From contig JAKITS010000001.1 of assembly GCA_021648085.1 (NCBI GenBank), forward strand, positions 682,759-746,758: a stretch of 64,000 nucleotides of DNA, in the 5' to 3' direction. Within the stretch, counting starts at the first letter, position 1. The number at the start of each line of letters is the position of its first letter. Below are positions 19,050 to 27,772 of the stretch, one piece after another. The position numbers and the translations under genes were made by a program. Source of the DNA: Candidatus Magasanikiibacteriota bacterium (GTDB lineage Bacteria; Patescibacteriota; Patescibacteriia; Magasanikbacterales; UBA922). The notes under the pieces are model-generated. The model was not told where the DNA came from. It was given only the letters and a program-made list of their open reading frames with translations, and did not search any database.

Positions 19050-19340
19050 ATGAACGCAAATATAATTAGAATTATTTTTGGAATAATCATACTTTTTTGC
19101 TTTCTATATCCGCTTAAAAAAAATATTTACATACCCAAATATCACTTAATAAAATTGATAGTTATATTTTTTATTTGCTCTTTACATATTATTCTTATTT
19201 CTTTTTATGTTTTTATTTTTGATCTTTTAATATTCACACTTGTACTTAGTTTTATTTATCTTTTTAACTTGACTTTTTTGAAAAAAAATACTAAAATAAG
19301 CAAGTTCCAAAATCAAAGGAGGAAATGGTGGATCTTTTAG
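19050..19340 (+). CDS. small hydrophobic membrane protein
   Basis: SD aaggag lies 7 nt upstream and a TTGACAAAA promoter sits at 18985. Very hydrophobic. Confidence 0.4.
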   Translation: MNANIIRIIFGIIILFCFLYPLKKNIYIPKYHLIKLIVIFFICSLHIILISFYVFIFDLLIFTLVLSFIYLFNLTFLKKNTKISKFQNQRRKWWIF

Positions 19341-19576
19341 GTATTATTTTATTGACTGTAATTTACGCGATTATTTGCGCATTAATACCAGAAAAAAGAT
19401 ATCATCTTTACGCAATTCTATTTTGTATTTTTGTTATTTTTATTTTAAATATATTAATACAAAATTATGCAGTAAACCTTTTAATTGTAATATTCGGTTT
19501 TTTATTAGGAGAAATATTAAGAGTCAATTTAACACATATAAAATCTAAAGAAGATATAAAAGGAGTAAAAGAATAA
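19325..19576 (+). CDS. small hydrophobic membrane protein
   Basis: SD aaggagg upstream. A terminator follows at 19584-19608. Confidence 0.4.
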   Translation: MVDLLGIILLTVIYAIICALIPEKRYHLYAILFCIFVIFILNILIQNYAVNLLIVIFGFLLGEILRVNLTHIKSKEDIKGVKE

Positions 19577-19583
19577 AAACAAA

Positions 19584-19608
19584 AAACCGCCAACTCGGCG
19601 GTTTTTTT
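19584..19608 (+). terminator. Rho-independent terminator
   Basis: aaaccgccaactcggcggttt followed by TTTTTT. Confidence 0.7.
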
Positions 19609-19610
19609 GA

Positions 19611-19740
19611 TAGGATCCCCAACTTGATTAGGGATCCAGGGTTTGTATAATAGTGTAATTATTATAGTTTATATATTTTTATATAAAATAATTCCGGTTT
19701 GTAAACCCTGGATTCCCGATTAGCGCGGGAATTACAAATT
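19611..19740. repeat. type-B structured repeat (three stem-loops around an AT-rich palindromic core), copy 1
   Basis: ~85% identical over ~90 bp to 27617-27745. Stems: ggatccc/gggatcc, agggttt/aaaccct, attcccg/cgggaat. Core palindrome: tttatata-tttt-tatataaa. Confidence 0.7.
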
Positions 19741-19766
19741 AGAAGTTTAAATAAACACAATTTTTA

Positions 19767-20324
19767 TTATTTCATTTTAGATTCAAAATATGAACGCGTG
19801 GTTAACCCACAAACATCCTGCTCTTTTGTATTAGCATCTGTTCCTCTTTCTTGGATTTCCCCATTAAAATCAAAAATATCTACAACACTTTTGAAACAAG
19901 TAGGATTTCCATACGGATTTGTGCCAACCTCTGTATCGCAGTTTGCAATTGGCTCAAAATAACTATTTTTATAATAACAAAAACCAACGATTACATCCCT
20001 ACAAACAAAATAACTACTGGAAATACTGTCTTCTCCACTGTGAGAAGGAAAATTTCCACAAACACTCAAATTAGTCTTATCACTAGTTCTCACATTTGTA
20101 TTTTCTGACATTAAAAATGATACCTTCTCGTTTAAATCATCCAATTGAATTTGTATCTGTTCTATATCAACTTCTGTGACAGCAGGTTTTTGAAAAATTA
20201 TCAAACTAAGCATTACTAACAAACTAACAAGAAAAGCTAGACCAACAGAAACTATAATAATCCAAACAGGCTCTCTTCCCTCGTTAATTTCATCTATATG
20301 TTTTTCATTTTCTAAAATCTTCAT
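19767..20324 (-). CDS. single-pass membrane protein with a Cys-rich extracytoplasmic domain
   Basis: N-terminal TM helix followed by 8 Cys in the C-terminal half. Confidence 0.45.
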   Translation of the reverse strand: MKILENEKHIDEINEGREPVWIIIVSVGLAFLVSLLVMLSLIIFQKPAVTEVDIEQIQIQLDDLNEKVSFLMSENTNVRTSDKTNLSVCGNFPSHSGEDSISSSYFVCRDVIVGFCYYKNSYFEPIANCDTEVGTNPYGNPTCFKSVVDIFDFNGEIQERGTDANTKEQDVCGLTTRSYFESKMK

Positions 20325-20381
20325 AGTATAATATTAAAAGATAAGTATATTATACCACAAAAAAAATAACTATTTAAAAAA

Positions 20382-21326
20382 CTATTTTTTTAAAAATTCT
20401 CTTATCAACACCTCCACCTCTTCATAATTTCTTACCCACTTTATACGCTTATCACGACGAAACCAAGTAAGCTGTCTTTTTGCATACCTTTTTGTATCAC
20501 GCACAAGTAATCTTTTTGCCTCTTCCAAATCATATTCACCCTCCAAAAATCCTTTAAATTGCTTATACCCAATCCCACTCATACTTGGCAAATCCCAATG
20601 ATATTTTTGTTTTAACAAACCTTTTATTTCATCCAAAAGCCCACCTTCTATCATTTTATCAATTCTTTTTTCTATTCTTTCATGAAGCACTCCTCTATCC
20701 ACACTTATTCCAATTTGCAACACATCAAACATGGGTTCACCTTTCATTTTTTGCCCAGAAAATGGCTCGCCAGTTAAAATAGATACTTCCAAAGCTCTAA
20801 CAATTCTTCTTTTATTATTTCTATCTATCACATCCGCTGCAACAGGATCCAAAGTTGTTAAAAGTACCATTAAATCTTCGTTACTTTTTGTAGATAAACT
20901 TTTGCGCAATTTATTATTTGGGGCAACTCGTGGAATTGAAAAATTATCCACAACCGAAGAAATATAAAGTCCAGTTCCACCTACCATCATTGGCAATTTA
21001 TTTTGTTTTACAGCAAGTTTTACATATTTAATAGCTTTATCTCTAAATTCTGCAACAGTAAAAGCCTTTCCAGGATCCAAAAAATCCACCAAATGATGAA
21101 CAATATCGCCAACAAAATAAGATCTTCGCAAACCATTTCTACGCCACCCCCCTTCTACTTTTGCTGTTCCTATATTCATCTTACGAAAAATCTGCCTAGA
21201 ATCCGCTGAAATAATATCTCCATTAAAAATTTTTGCCAACTTCAAACTCCACTCAGTTTTTCCACTAGCCGTAGACCCCAAAAGTACTACTAATTTTGGC
21301 AATTTTCTCAATTCTTTTTTATCCAT
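20382..21326 (-). CDS. miaA: tRNA dimethylallyltransferase
   Basis: P-loop GSTASGKT. ISADSRQIFRKMNIGTAK. Confidence 0.9.
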   Translation of the reverse strand: MDKKELRKLPKLVVLLGSTASGKTEWSLKLAKIFNGDIISADSRQIFRKMNIGTAKVEGGWRRNGLRRSYFVGDIVHHLVDFLDPGKAFTVAEFRDKAIKYVKLAVKQNKLPMMVGGTGLYISSVVDNFSIPRVAPNNKLRKSLSTKSNEDLMVLLTTLDPVAADVIDRNNKRRIVRALEVSILTGEPFSGQKMKGEPMFDVLQIGISVDRGVLHERIEKRIDKMIEGGLLDEIKGLLKQKYHWDLPSMSGIGYKQFKGFLEGEYDLEEAKRLLVRDTKRYAKRQLTWFRRDKRIKWVRNYEEVEVLIREFLKK

Positions 21327-21394
21327 ATTTTTGAAAAAGTTCTAAATGTTCTATCACTTCACTTATTTTTTCTTTCATTTCGAATGAAACCTCT

Positions 21395-21550
21395 CACGTC
21401 ATCTTGAGCAGAACGAAGTGGAGTCGAAATATCTCGTAAACAATTCACTGTTTATATTTTTTAATTCTAGTCTTTTTAAACCAAGACCCATTCGACTTCC
21501 TGCCGGCAGGCTGGCATTTCGACTTACTCCATTTCGCTCAGGATGACGTG
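21395..21550. repeat. type-A inverted-repeat (MITE/REP-like) element
   Basis: Arms cacgtcatcttgagcagaacgaagtggagtcgaa ... ttcgctcaggatgacgtg. It also contains cctgccggcagg. It lies between miaA and miaB and abuts the miaB stop. Confidence 0.7.
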
Positions 21551-21561
21551 AATAACTAACA

Positions 21562-22914
21562 CTATTCACCTCTCCTTCCCCACAAAATCCACATCTCAGC
21601 TTTAAAAATCTCAACTGGAACAATCTTACCAATTAACTCTTCACCACCCTTAAAACGCGTTAGCTTCATCTCATTAGACTGTCCACCACACCAACCATTT
21701 TTACATTCGTCCACCAAAACTTCCACAACTTTCCCAACATAATTCTGATTTTTCTCGTGAGTTCTTTTTTTCATCATATTTTGAATTTTCAGCCAACGAC
21801 GCTTTTTCTCTGCTTTTGGCACACCATCTTCAAAAAACTTTGCCGATACAGTTCCAGAACGAGTAGAATATTGAGCGGGATAAGAAATATCAAAATCACA
21901 TTCTTTGTAGAGACTTATAGTTTCTTCAAAATCCTCTTCGCTCTCTCCACAAAATCCTACTATAAAATCTGTGCCAAGTGCAATACCAGGTTTTTTTGCC
22001 TTTATCTTCTTTATTATACCAAGAAAAAACTCGCGTGTATGCCTTCGGTTCATTTTCTCCAAAATTTTATTACTTCCAGACTGAGCTGGCAAATGCAGAT
22101 AATTCATTTGTTTTGATAATGTAAGTGCGTCTATCACCTCATCTGTCATAAAAATTGGGTGTGGCGCAGTCCAACTCATCCTCTTTATTCCTTCAATTTG
22201 ATTTACTTCCCACAAAAGTTTTGCAAAATCACTTTCTTTATACGGATTTTCTTTGGAAAAATTTTCTGGATCTGGCGCAATATAATGATTTACAATTTGT
22301 CCCAATAATACAATTTCTATATATCCATTTTTTGCCAAATCCTTCACCTCATCCATCACATCTTTCAAAGGTCTATTTACCTCTAAACCGCGAGAAAATG
22401 GCACAACGCAATAACTACAAAAATGATTACACCCAGTTTGAATTGTAACGAAAGCCTGGAATTTATTTTTGCGAACAGGGTTTAAAATTAAATAATCCTC
22501 CTCCAAATCTTCGCGACGAAATTCTGGATTTATCTCTGCCAACCATTTTGGCAAATTTATCATTTGTTTGGTTGGAAAAAATAAATCCACATTTTTCAAC
22601 TTTTTGCGAAGTTTGCCACCTTTATCACGCCCAGGCATACAACCTGTCACACAAATTATTAAGTTTGGTTTTTTTATCTTTAATTTTGCATAATTTCTAG
22701 TTTGCCCAAAAATCCTATCTTCTGCCGAAGCGCGCACACTACAACTATTCATAATTATCACATCTGCCTGCTTATCATCATCTGTATTTTCCAAACCCAT
22801 ATTGCACAAAATTGACTCCAATCTCTCTGAGTCATTTTTATTCATTTGACAGCCAAATGTGATGATGTGATAATACTTCTGATTATTCATTGTATTTTTG
22901 TTGATCTTTAGCAA
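21562..22914 (-). CDS. miaB: tRNA-2-methylthio-N6-dimethylallyladenosine synthase (radical SAM MTTase)
   Basis: N-terminal MTTase domain (FGCQMN), radical SAM CNHFCSYC, and a C-terminal TRAM domain. Confidence 0.9.
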   Translation of the reverse strand: MLKINKNTMNNQKYYHIITFGCQMNKNDSERLESILCNMGLENTDDDKQADVIIMNSCSVRASAEDRIFGQTRNYAKLKIKKPNLIICVTGCMPGRDKGGKLRKKLKNVDLFFPTKQMINLPKWLAEINPEFRREDLEEDYLILNPVRKNKFQAFVTIQTGCNHFCSYCVVPFSRGLEVNRPLKDVMDEVKDLAKNGYIEIVLLGQIVNHYIAPDPENFSKENPYKESDFAKLLWEVNQIEGIKRMSWTAPHPIFMTDEVIDALTLSKQMNYLHLPAQSGSNKILEKMNRRHTREFFLGIIKKIKAKKPGIALGTDFIVGFCGESEEDFEETISLYKECDFDISYPAQYSTRSGTVSAKFFEDGVPKAEKKRRWLKIQNMMKKRTHEKNQNYVGKVVEVLVDECKNGWCGGQSNEMKLTRFKGGEELIGKIVPVEIFKAEMWILWGRRGE

Positions 22915-22947
22915 AGTTTAACAAAAAAATACTAAAAAATCAAGTAT

Positions 22948-24090
22948 ATGAGAAGAGAATTAAAAATCCCCAGTTTTTCTAAAGAAGAATTTCTAAATAT
23001 ACCAAATAAAGAATATTTTTCTAAATTTGAAAATGCACTTGAAAAAGATGCTGAATTTAATTTTGATAATTTAAGTGAAGAAGAAACACAAAGTTTAATT
23101 TCAACCAGACAAAAATTTGAAGATGCTAGAAAAAGTTATGAAGGAGTTGATGAGAAATTTAGTGAAGTAATAGAAAACTCAACAAAACAAGATGTTATAA
23201 ATGTATTATTAGGTGGAGATCTTTCAACTTTTGAAACTAGTACAATTTTAAGATTAAAAAAAGATGATCCAGATATTTTGGCTGCGGCTTCTGTACACAA
23301 ACCAACAGAAGTAATATCTGTTTTAGCTCACACAAATTCAGAATTCTCATCACAAATAATTCAATCTATTTTAGAAAGCAAGCCTTCTCTATTAATAACT
23401 ATTGATTTAAAAATACAATTAGACATAATTTCCAAAAAACCAGAATATTTAATTTTTGCAGATAGTAGAGTACAAGAAGATTATTTAAATAAAAATCCTG
23501 ATTTTTTAAGTACCTTAAAAGATGAGGAACAGAAAGTAGTTATAGCCAGTCTTTTAAGTTTGAGCGGTGATTATAATGTTTTAGATCCAATTTTAGAAAA
23601 AATAAAAGACAAAAACTCAATATTAAAACATTTAGACGAATATAAAATAAAATACCCAAAAGAATATCAAAGATATATAGAAAAACCATTAAAGCAAAGA
23701 GAGGTTTTACTAGACACTTCTACTTTAATTAAATACAAAAATAATGGAGACATGTCTGATATATCTCTAATTCTTGCACTGAAACATAATGTCGACATAA
23801 AAGAAAAAGTTCTCGAAGGAATAAAAGATGTTGATCCAGATTATTATGAAAAAATTATTAATAAAATAAAAATATTAGATAATTTTATAAATTTACCTAT
23901 TGAGCAAAAAACTGATTTACTTAAAAAAGGTATGGTGACTGAAGAAGAAGTTAGCCTTATTTTAAAAAAATTATATCCTAGTCATCCAGAAGTAGTAGAG
24001 ACACTTCTAAGACCTACTTTAACTAAGTTAAATCGTGAAAATTTACATTCTACTCCATACAAAGCAGGAAATATAAAAAACATAATTTAA
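22948..24090 (+). CDS. hypothetical protein (predicted all-helical, no TM)
   Basis: Long ORF with typical codon usage. No recognisable motifs. Confidence 0.5.
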   Translation: MRRELKIPSFSKEEFLNIPNKEYFSKFENALEKDAEFNFDNLSEEETQSLISTRQKFEDARKSYEGVDEKFSEVIENSTKQDVINVLLGGDLSTFETSTILRLKKDDPDILAAASVHKPTEVISVLAHTNSEFSSQIIQSILESKPSLLITIDLKIQLDIISKKPEYLIFADSRVQEDYLNKNPDFLSTLKDEEQKVVIASLLSLSGDYNVLDPILEKIKDKNSILKHLDEYKIKYPKEYQRYIEKPLKQREVLLDTSTLIKYKNNGDMSDISLILALKHNVDIKEKVLEGIKDVDPDYYEKIINKIKILDNFINLPIEQKTDLLKKGMVTEEEVSLILKKLYPSHPEVVETLLRPTLTKLNRENLHSTPYKAGNIKNII

Positions 24091-24110
24091 TAAACTAAAA
24101 AATCAAGTCT

Positions 24111-25217
24111 ATGAACCCAGAAAGAAGAAGAATATCCATTGCAGAAGCCGAAGCTGCAACCGCAAAAGTTAGAGGAGACACTGGGGATTTTGATTTTGGA
24201 GAAGACGGTGATGATGAAGAAGAGGAAGGTGATTTTTTTGCAACTCCGGGAGAATTAGAACAACATAAAAAAGAAGTGGTTGAAAAAGAAAGAATAACAA
24301 TCGAAAAAGAAATAGCTGAAAAAAAAGCAACAATAGAAAAAAATAGAAAAAACCCAACAGCGGCTGAAATGGCAATGAGAGAGCTTTTATTTTCTGAACA
24401 AGGACTTCGAGTTCAATCAATATACAACCCAGAATTACCACCAAACCCAAATAGAAAACAAGAATTGCAAAAATTAACAGAAGTTTATGAAAAACCCCCA
24501 CTTTCTAATATGGAAAAGCAAAAAATAGAATTAATGGGACAGCAGTTCGATAATGCGAGAGATAGTTTTTATACAAAATATAGTGAAGATGATTTGGCAA
24601 ATTATACATCCGGGGCAAATCAAAATGAAATGCAATTTTTGATAGAACGAAACCCAAATAGTGCAAAAATATTAAGTGCTTCTGTGGCTGGAAAAGGTAT
24701 AAAAGCAAGAAAAGCTTTAGAAATTATATCGCGAATGCAGACATTAGAAGATTCAACATTAAGCCCTGAATTTAAAAAAGATTTAATAGATATAAAATTA
24801 GAATTAAACCCTGAATTAATAAATGCACTACCAGAAGAAATGCAAATACAAGAAGTATTTGAAAATCCAACCTTATTACGACACACATCTAGAGAAGCCC
24901 AGCAAAAAGTATTAGAAACTACACCACCAGAAAAATTTGCAGAAATGCTTGGTCAATTAGAAGTAAACAATTTAGATTTACTTACTGAAATAGAAGGTTT
25001 TCAAAATAATCAAGAAATAATGAGAAAACTTGTGGCTTTTGCCATTCAAGGTCCAGACCATTTTTTGAAACTACCAAATGAAACTCAAGACAAAGTTTTT
25101 GCAAAAATGGATGAACCGACAAAAAAACAGTTTATAAACTCAGCTAGAAAATTTATAAAAACTCACGGCTCACAAAAAATGCCAAGAGAAATTGAAAGAA
25201 GAGTTTGGCAAGCTTAA
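24111..25217 (+). CDS. hypothetical protein with an acidic N-terminal stretch (GEDGDDEEEEGDFF)
   Basis: Long ORF. No recognisable motifs. Confidence 0.5.
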   Translation: MNPERRRISIAEAEAATAKVRGDTGDFDFGEDGDDEEEEGDFFATPGELEQHKKEVVEKERITIEKEIAEKKATIEKNRKNPTAAEMAMRELLFSEQGLRVQSIYNPELPPNPNRKQELQKLTEVYEKPPLSNMEKQKIELMGQQFDNARDSFYTKYSEDDLANYTSGANQNEMQFLIERNPNSAKILSASVAGKGIKARKALEIISRMQTLEDSTLSPEFKKDLIDIKLELNPELINALPEEMQIQEVFENPTLLRHTSREAQQKVLETTPPEKFAEMLGQLEVNNLDLLTEIEGFQNNQEIMRKLVAFAIQGPDHFLKLPNETQDKVFAKMDEPTKKQFINSARKFIKTHGSQKMPREIERRVWQA

Positions 25218-25267
25218 CAAAAATAAAAAAGACGACTATATTTATAGTCGTCTTACTTTTTTATCTT

Positions 25268-25774
25268 TCAAAATTCTCCCCTTCCTTCACAAATAAATGT
25301 AACCCTACTACCCTCATAAAACACAACTTCGAAATCAAAGTCTGTATTTTTAACATCGTACATAAAGAAAGATGTCCTATCTCCTGTTATATGTTCGGTT
25401 AGTTTTACGTCTCCTTCAAATCTATTACACCCCAACAAACTTGAAATAGAAATTTTTCTAAGAGAAAATCTCATTAAACTTTCGTTTAGTTTTGAAAAGT
25501 TATATTCTTTATTTTCAATATTAATACAAAGAGTTTTAACCTTTCTGTCAAACCTAATATAATCTATAACAATCATAATTTCCAATCTCCAATAGTTTGG
25601 AAATTTTAGAAGTTTTGCATTCAAATCTGGAGATTTAAATGCTGGAACAACACTATAAAATCTTCCAGACATTTTTCTATGATCTGAAATTTTCACAACA
25701 TTTTTATTCATCTTTTTCTCCTTTTTTAGTTTCATTTGTAAGGAACTTTTAGAACATTTAACTATATCAAACAT
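25268..25774 (-). CDS. hypothetical protein (start trimmed to the Met at MFDIVK)
   Basis: The ORF-track N-terminus runs into the promoter region of the + gene at 25861. No SD, hence low confidence. Confidence 0.3.
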   Translation of the reverse strand: MFDIVKCSKSSLQMKLKKEKKMNKNVVKISDHRKMSGRFYSVVPAFKSPDLNAKLLKFPNYWRLEIMIVIDYIRFDRKVKTLCINIENKEYNFSKLNESLMRFSLRKISISSLLGCNRFEGDVKLTEHITGDRTSFFMYDVKNTDFDFEVVFYEGSRVTFICEGRGEF

Positions 25775-25860
25775 TTCAGGTTTTGTCAAGTTTAAGACTA
25801 ATAAATTGACAAAAAAACCATATAACATATAATAAATAGGTAATTTTAAATAAAAAAAAT

Positions 25861-26304
25861 ATGGGAAACCCTGAATTAAGATCAATGAGTTTAGAAGAAG
25901 CAGAAAGAAAACTAAATACAGAAATTGCAGGCGAAGCAATTCAAAAACAAAGTGAACAAGAATTACTTAAAAAAATGGATTCTATAAATACAAACCCAGA
26001 TGCTTTAAAAAATAGACGAGAAAAAGCAATGCGAGAACTATTGGAAAAAAATGCTAAAGATCGAGAAAAACAAAAAAATATAGATAGAAATATTCAAAAA
26101 CAAAAAGAAAGAGAAGAAGGCACAGCAGTAGAACAAGCACTTTCTGAAACAAGAAAAGTAGTAAATGAATCTATCATTAGCGATAAAGAGCAAAAAATTA
26201 TAAAAGAATTAGAAAAGGTAAATCAAAGCACAGAAAAAGACATGCAAACCTTAGGAGATTTAGATAAAACAGGTATTTTTAAACCAGTCACAAAAAATAA
26301 ATAA
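25861..26304 (+). CDS. hypothetical Lys/Glu-rich coiled-coil protein
   Basis: TTGACAAAA promoter at 25806. Low-complexity charged sequence. Confidence 0.45.
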   Translation: MGNPELRSMSLEEAERKLNTEIAGEAIQKQSEQELLKKMDSINTNPDALKNRREKAMRELLEKNAKDREKQKNIDRNIQKQKEREEGTAVEQALSETRKVVNESIISDKEQKIIKELEKVNQSTEKDMQTLGDLDKTGIFKPVTKNK

Positions 26305-26305
26305 T

Positions 26306-27514
26306 ATGGAAAAAGAAAGTAAAATAATGAGTATGAGCGAGGTGGCCAAAGAAATAGCAAAAGAAGATAACATGACAGAGACAGAAAAAGCACTTGCCGA
26401 AACTATGATTGCAGGTAAACAATCTGCGGAAGAGCAAAAGCAAGAAAAAAAAATGAAAAAAGAAGAAATAGAAATGGTGAAAAAATCAGAAGTGCAAAGG
26501 GCTGATTATCTTCAAGCTGCTCAAAAAGCAAACAATCAGCCACCCACAGAAAATGCTGGAGTAAATGAAGCAATAAATATACGAAATGCTTATAATGCGT
26601 CCGCAAATGTGGAAGATCCAAAAGTAGAAATAGAAAGAATGCAAAAACAACAAGAAATGTTAAAAGAAATAAAATTGGAAGAACAAAAAGCTGAACTTCA
26701 AAAAACTATCCAATCTGGTGAGGCAGAACTTGATGTTGCTTCAAAACCAGAAACAGATGAAGAAAAAATAATTATTTCTCCAGATTTTCAACAAGAAATA
26801 AAAAACGAAAAAAGAAAAGATGTAATAGAAGCTTTAAACGAAGCACAAAAAGCTGGTAAGGAATCTATAAAAGCAGATGAAGAAAAAGAAAAAAATACTA
26901 GTTTAGAGGAATTAACAAAGCAAGCGACTGCAGAACAAGAAAGTAAAAAAGTAGAAGACACTATTCCACCAACAACAGAAAGTGCAATAAAAACAGAACC
27001 GCCAGAAAAACTATCTGACATACTCAAAGAAGGAGAGGAAAAAGAACAAATTGGAACAGAAATTACTCCAGAGTGGCAAGAACTTGAAAAAGAATTAGAC
27101 TCAGCCCCAACAAAAGAAGAGCTAGAAGTTTTACCAGAAATTACAGAATTAGAACCACTTCCAACAAAAGGAATGGGTGAAATGATAAAAGATACACCAA
27201 TGGATCCAGACACAAAAGAATGGCTTTTGGCTCAAAGAGGATTGTTGAAAAAAGTAAATGATACAGAAGGTTCAGAAAAACAAAAAAGAGAGCTACTCCT
27301 AGAAGAGTTAACAGCAAAACTAGAAGAAAAAGAAGCTAAGCTCAAAAAAACATGGTTTTTTGGAAAAAGTGCACTCAAAAAAGATATCAAAAGATTGAAT
27401 GAAATAATAAACGACTCCACACTATTTAAAACTGGCGAGGCAACAAAACCAAGAAACTCGTCCAGAATGAATCGAGGCTCAGAAAATAGTTCTGGCTTCG
27501 CAAGTAAAGTTTAA
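26306..27514 (+). CDS. hypothetical Lys/Glu-rich low-complexity protein
   Basis: 402-aa ORF coupled to the previous gene. A terminator at 27565-27590. Confidence 0.5.
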   Translation: MEKESKIMSMSEVAKEIAKEDNMTETEKALAETMIAGKQSAEEQKQEKKMKKEEIEMVKKSEVQRADYLQAAQKANNQPPTENAGVNEAINIRNAYNASANVEDPKVEIERMQKQQEMLKEIKLEEQKAELQKTIQSGEAELDVASKPETDEEKIIISPDFQQEIKNEKRKDVIEALNEAQKAGKESIKADEEKEKNTSLEELTKQATAEQESKKVEDTIPPTTESAIKTEPPEKLSDILKEGEEKEQIGTEITPEWQELEKELDSAPTKEELEVLPEITELEPLPTKGMGEMIKDTPMDPDTKEWLLAQRGLLKKVNDTEGSEKQKRELLLEELTAKLEEKEAKLKKTWFFGKSALKKDIKRLNEIINDSTLFKTGEATKPRNSSRMNRGSENSSGFASKV

Positions 27515-27564
27515 GACCCTTAATGTTTGTTGAATAACCTTACTTAGATTACAACAAAATAAAA

Positions 27565-27590
27565 AAACACTATTTAAATAGTGTTTTTTT
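27565..27590 (+). terminator. Rho-independent terminator
   Basis: aaacactatttaaatagtgttt followed by TTTTTT. Confidence 0.7.
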
Positions 27591-27616
27591 ATTTTTTATA
27601 CGCACCGTGTTTTTCT

Positions 27617-27745
27617 GTCATCCTCAGCTTGACTGAGGATCTAGGATTTATATTACAATGTAATTATTACAGTTTATGTATTTTTATATAAAAATAATTC
27701 TAGTTTATAGACTCTGGATTCCTAAGTCGGACTAAAAATAACAAT
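27617..27745. repeat. type-B structured repeat, copy 2, preceded by a type-A-like arm (tgtcatcctcagc)
   Basis: Aligns with 19611-19740 over the core gtaattatta(c/t)agtttat(g/a)tatttttatataaaa(a)taattc...ctggattcc. Confidence 0.7.
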
Positions 27746-27772
27746 AAAAAGTTTTTTCAAATTAAAAAATAA

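Noticed and set aside
21399-21632. 77-aa ORF
   Set aside because: It lies inside the type-A inverted-repeat element and overlaps the miaB 3' end.
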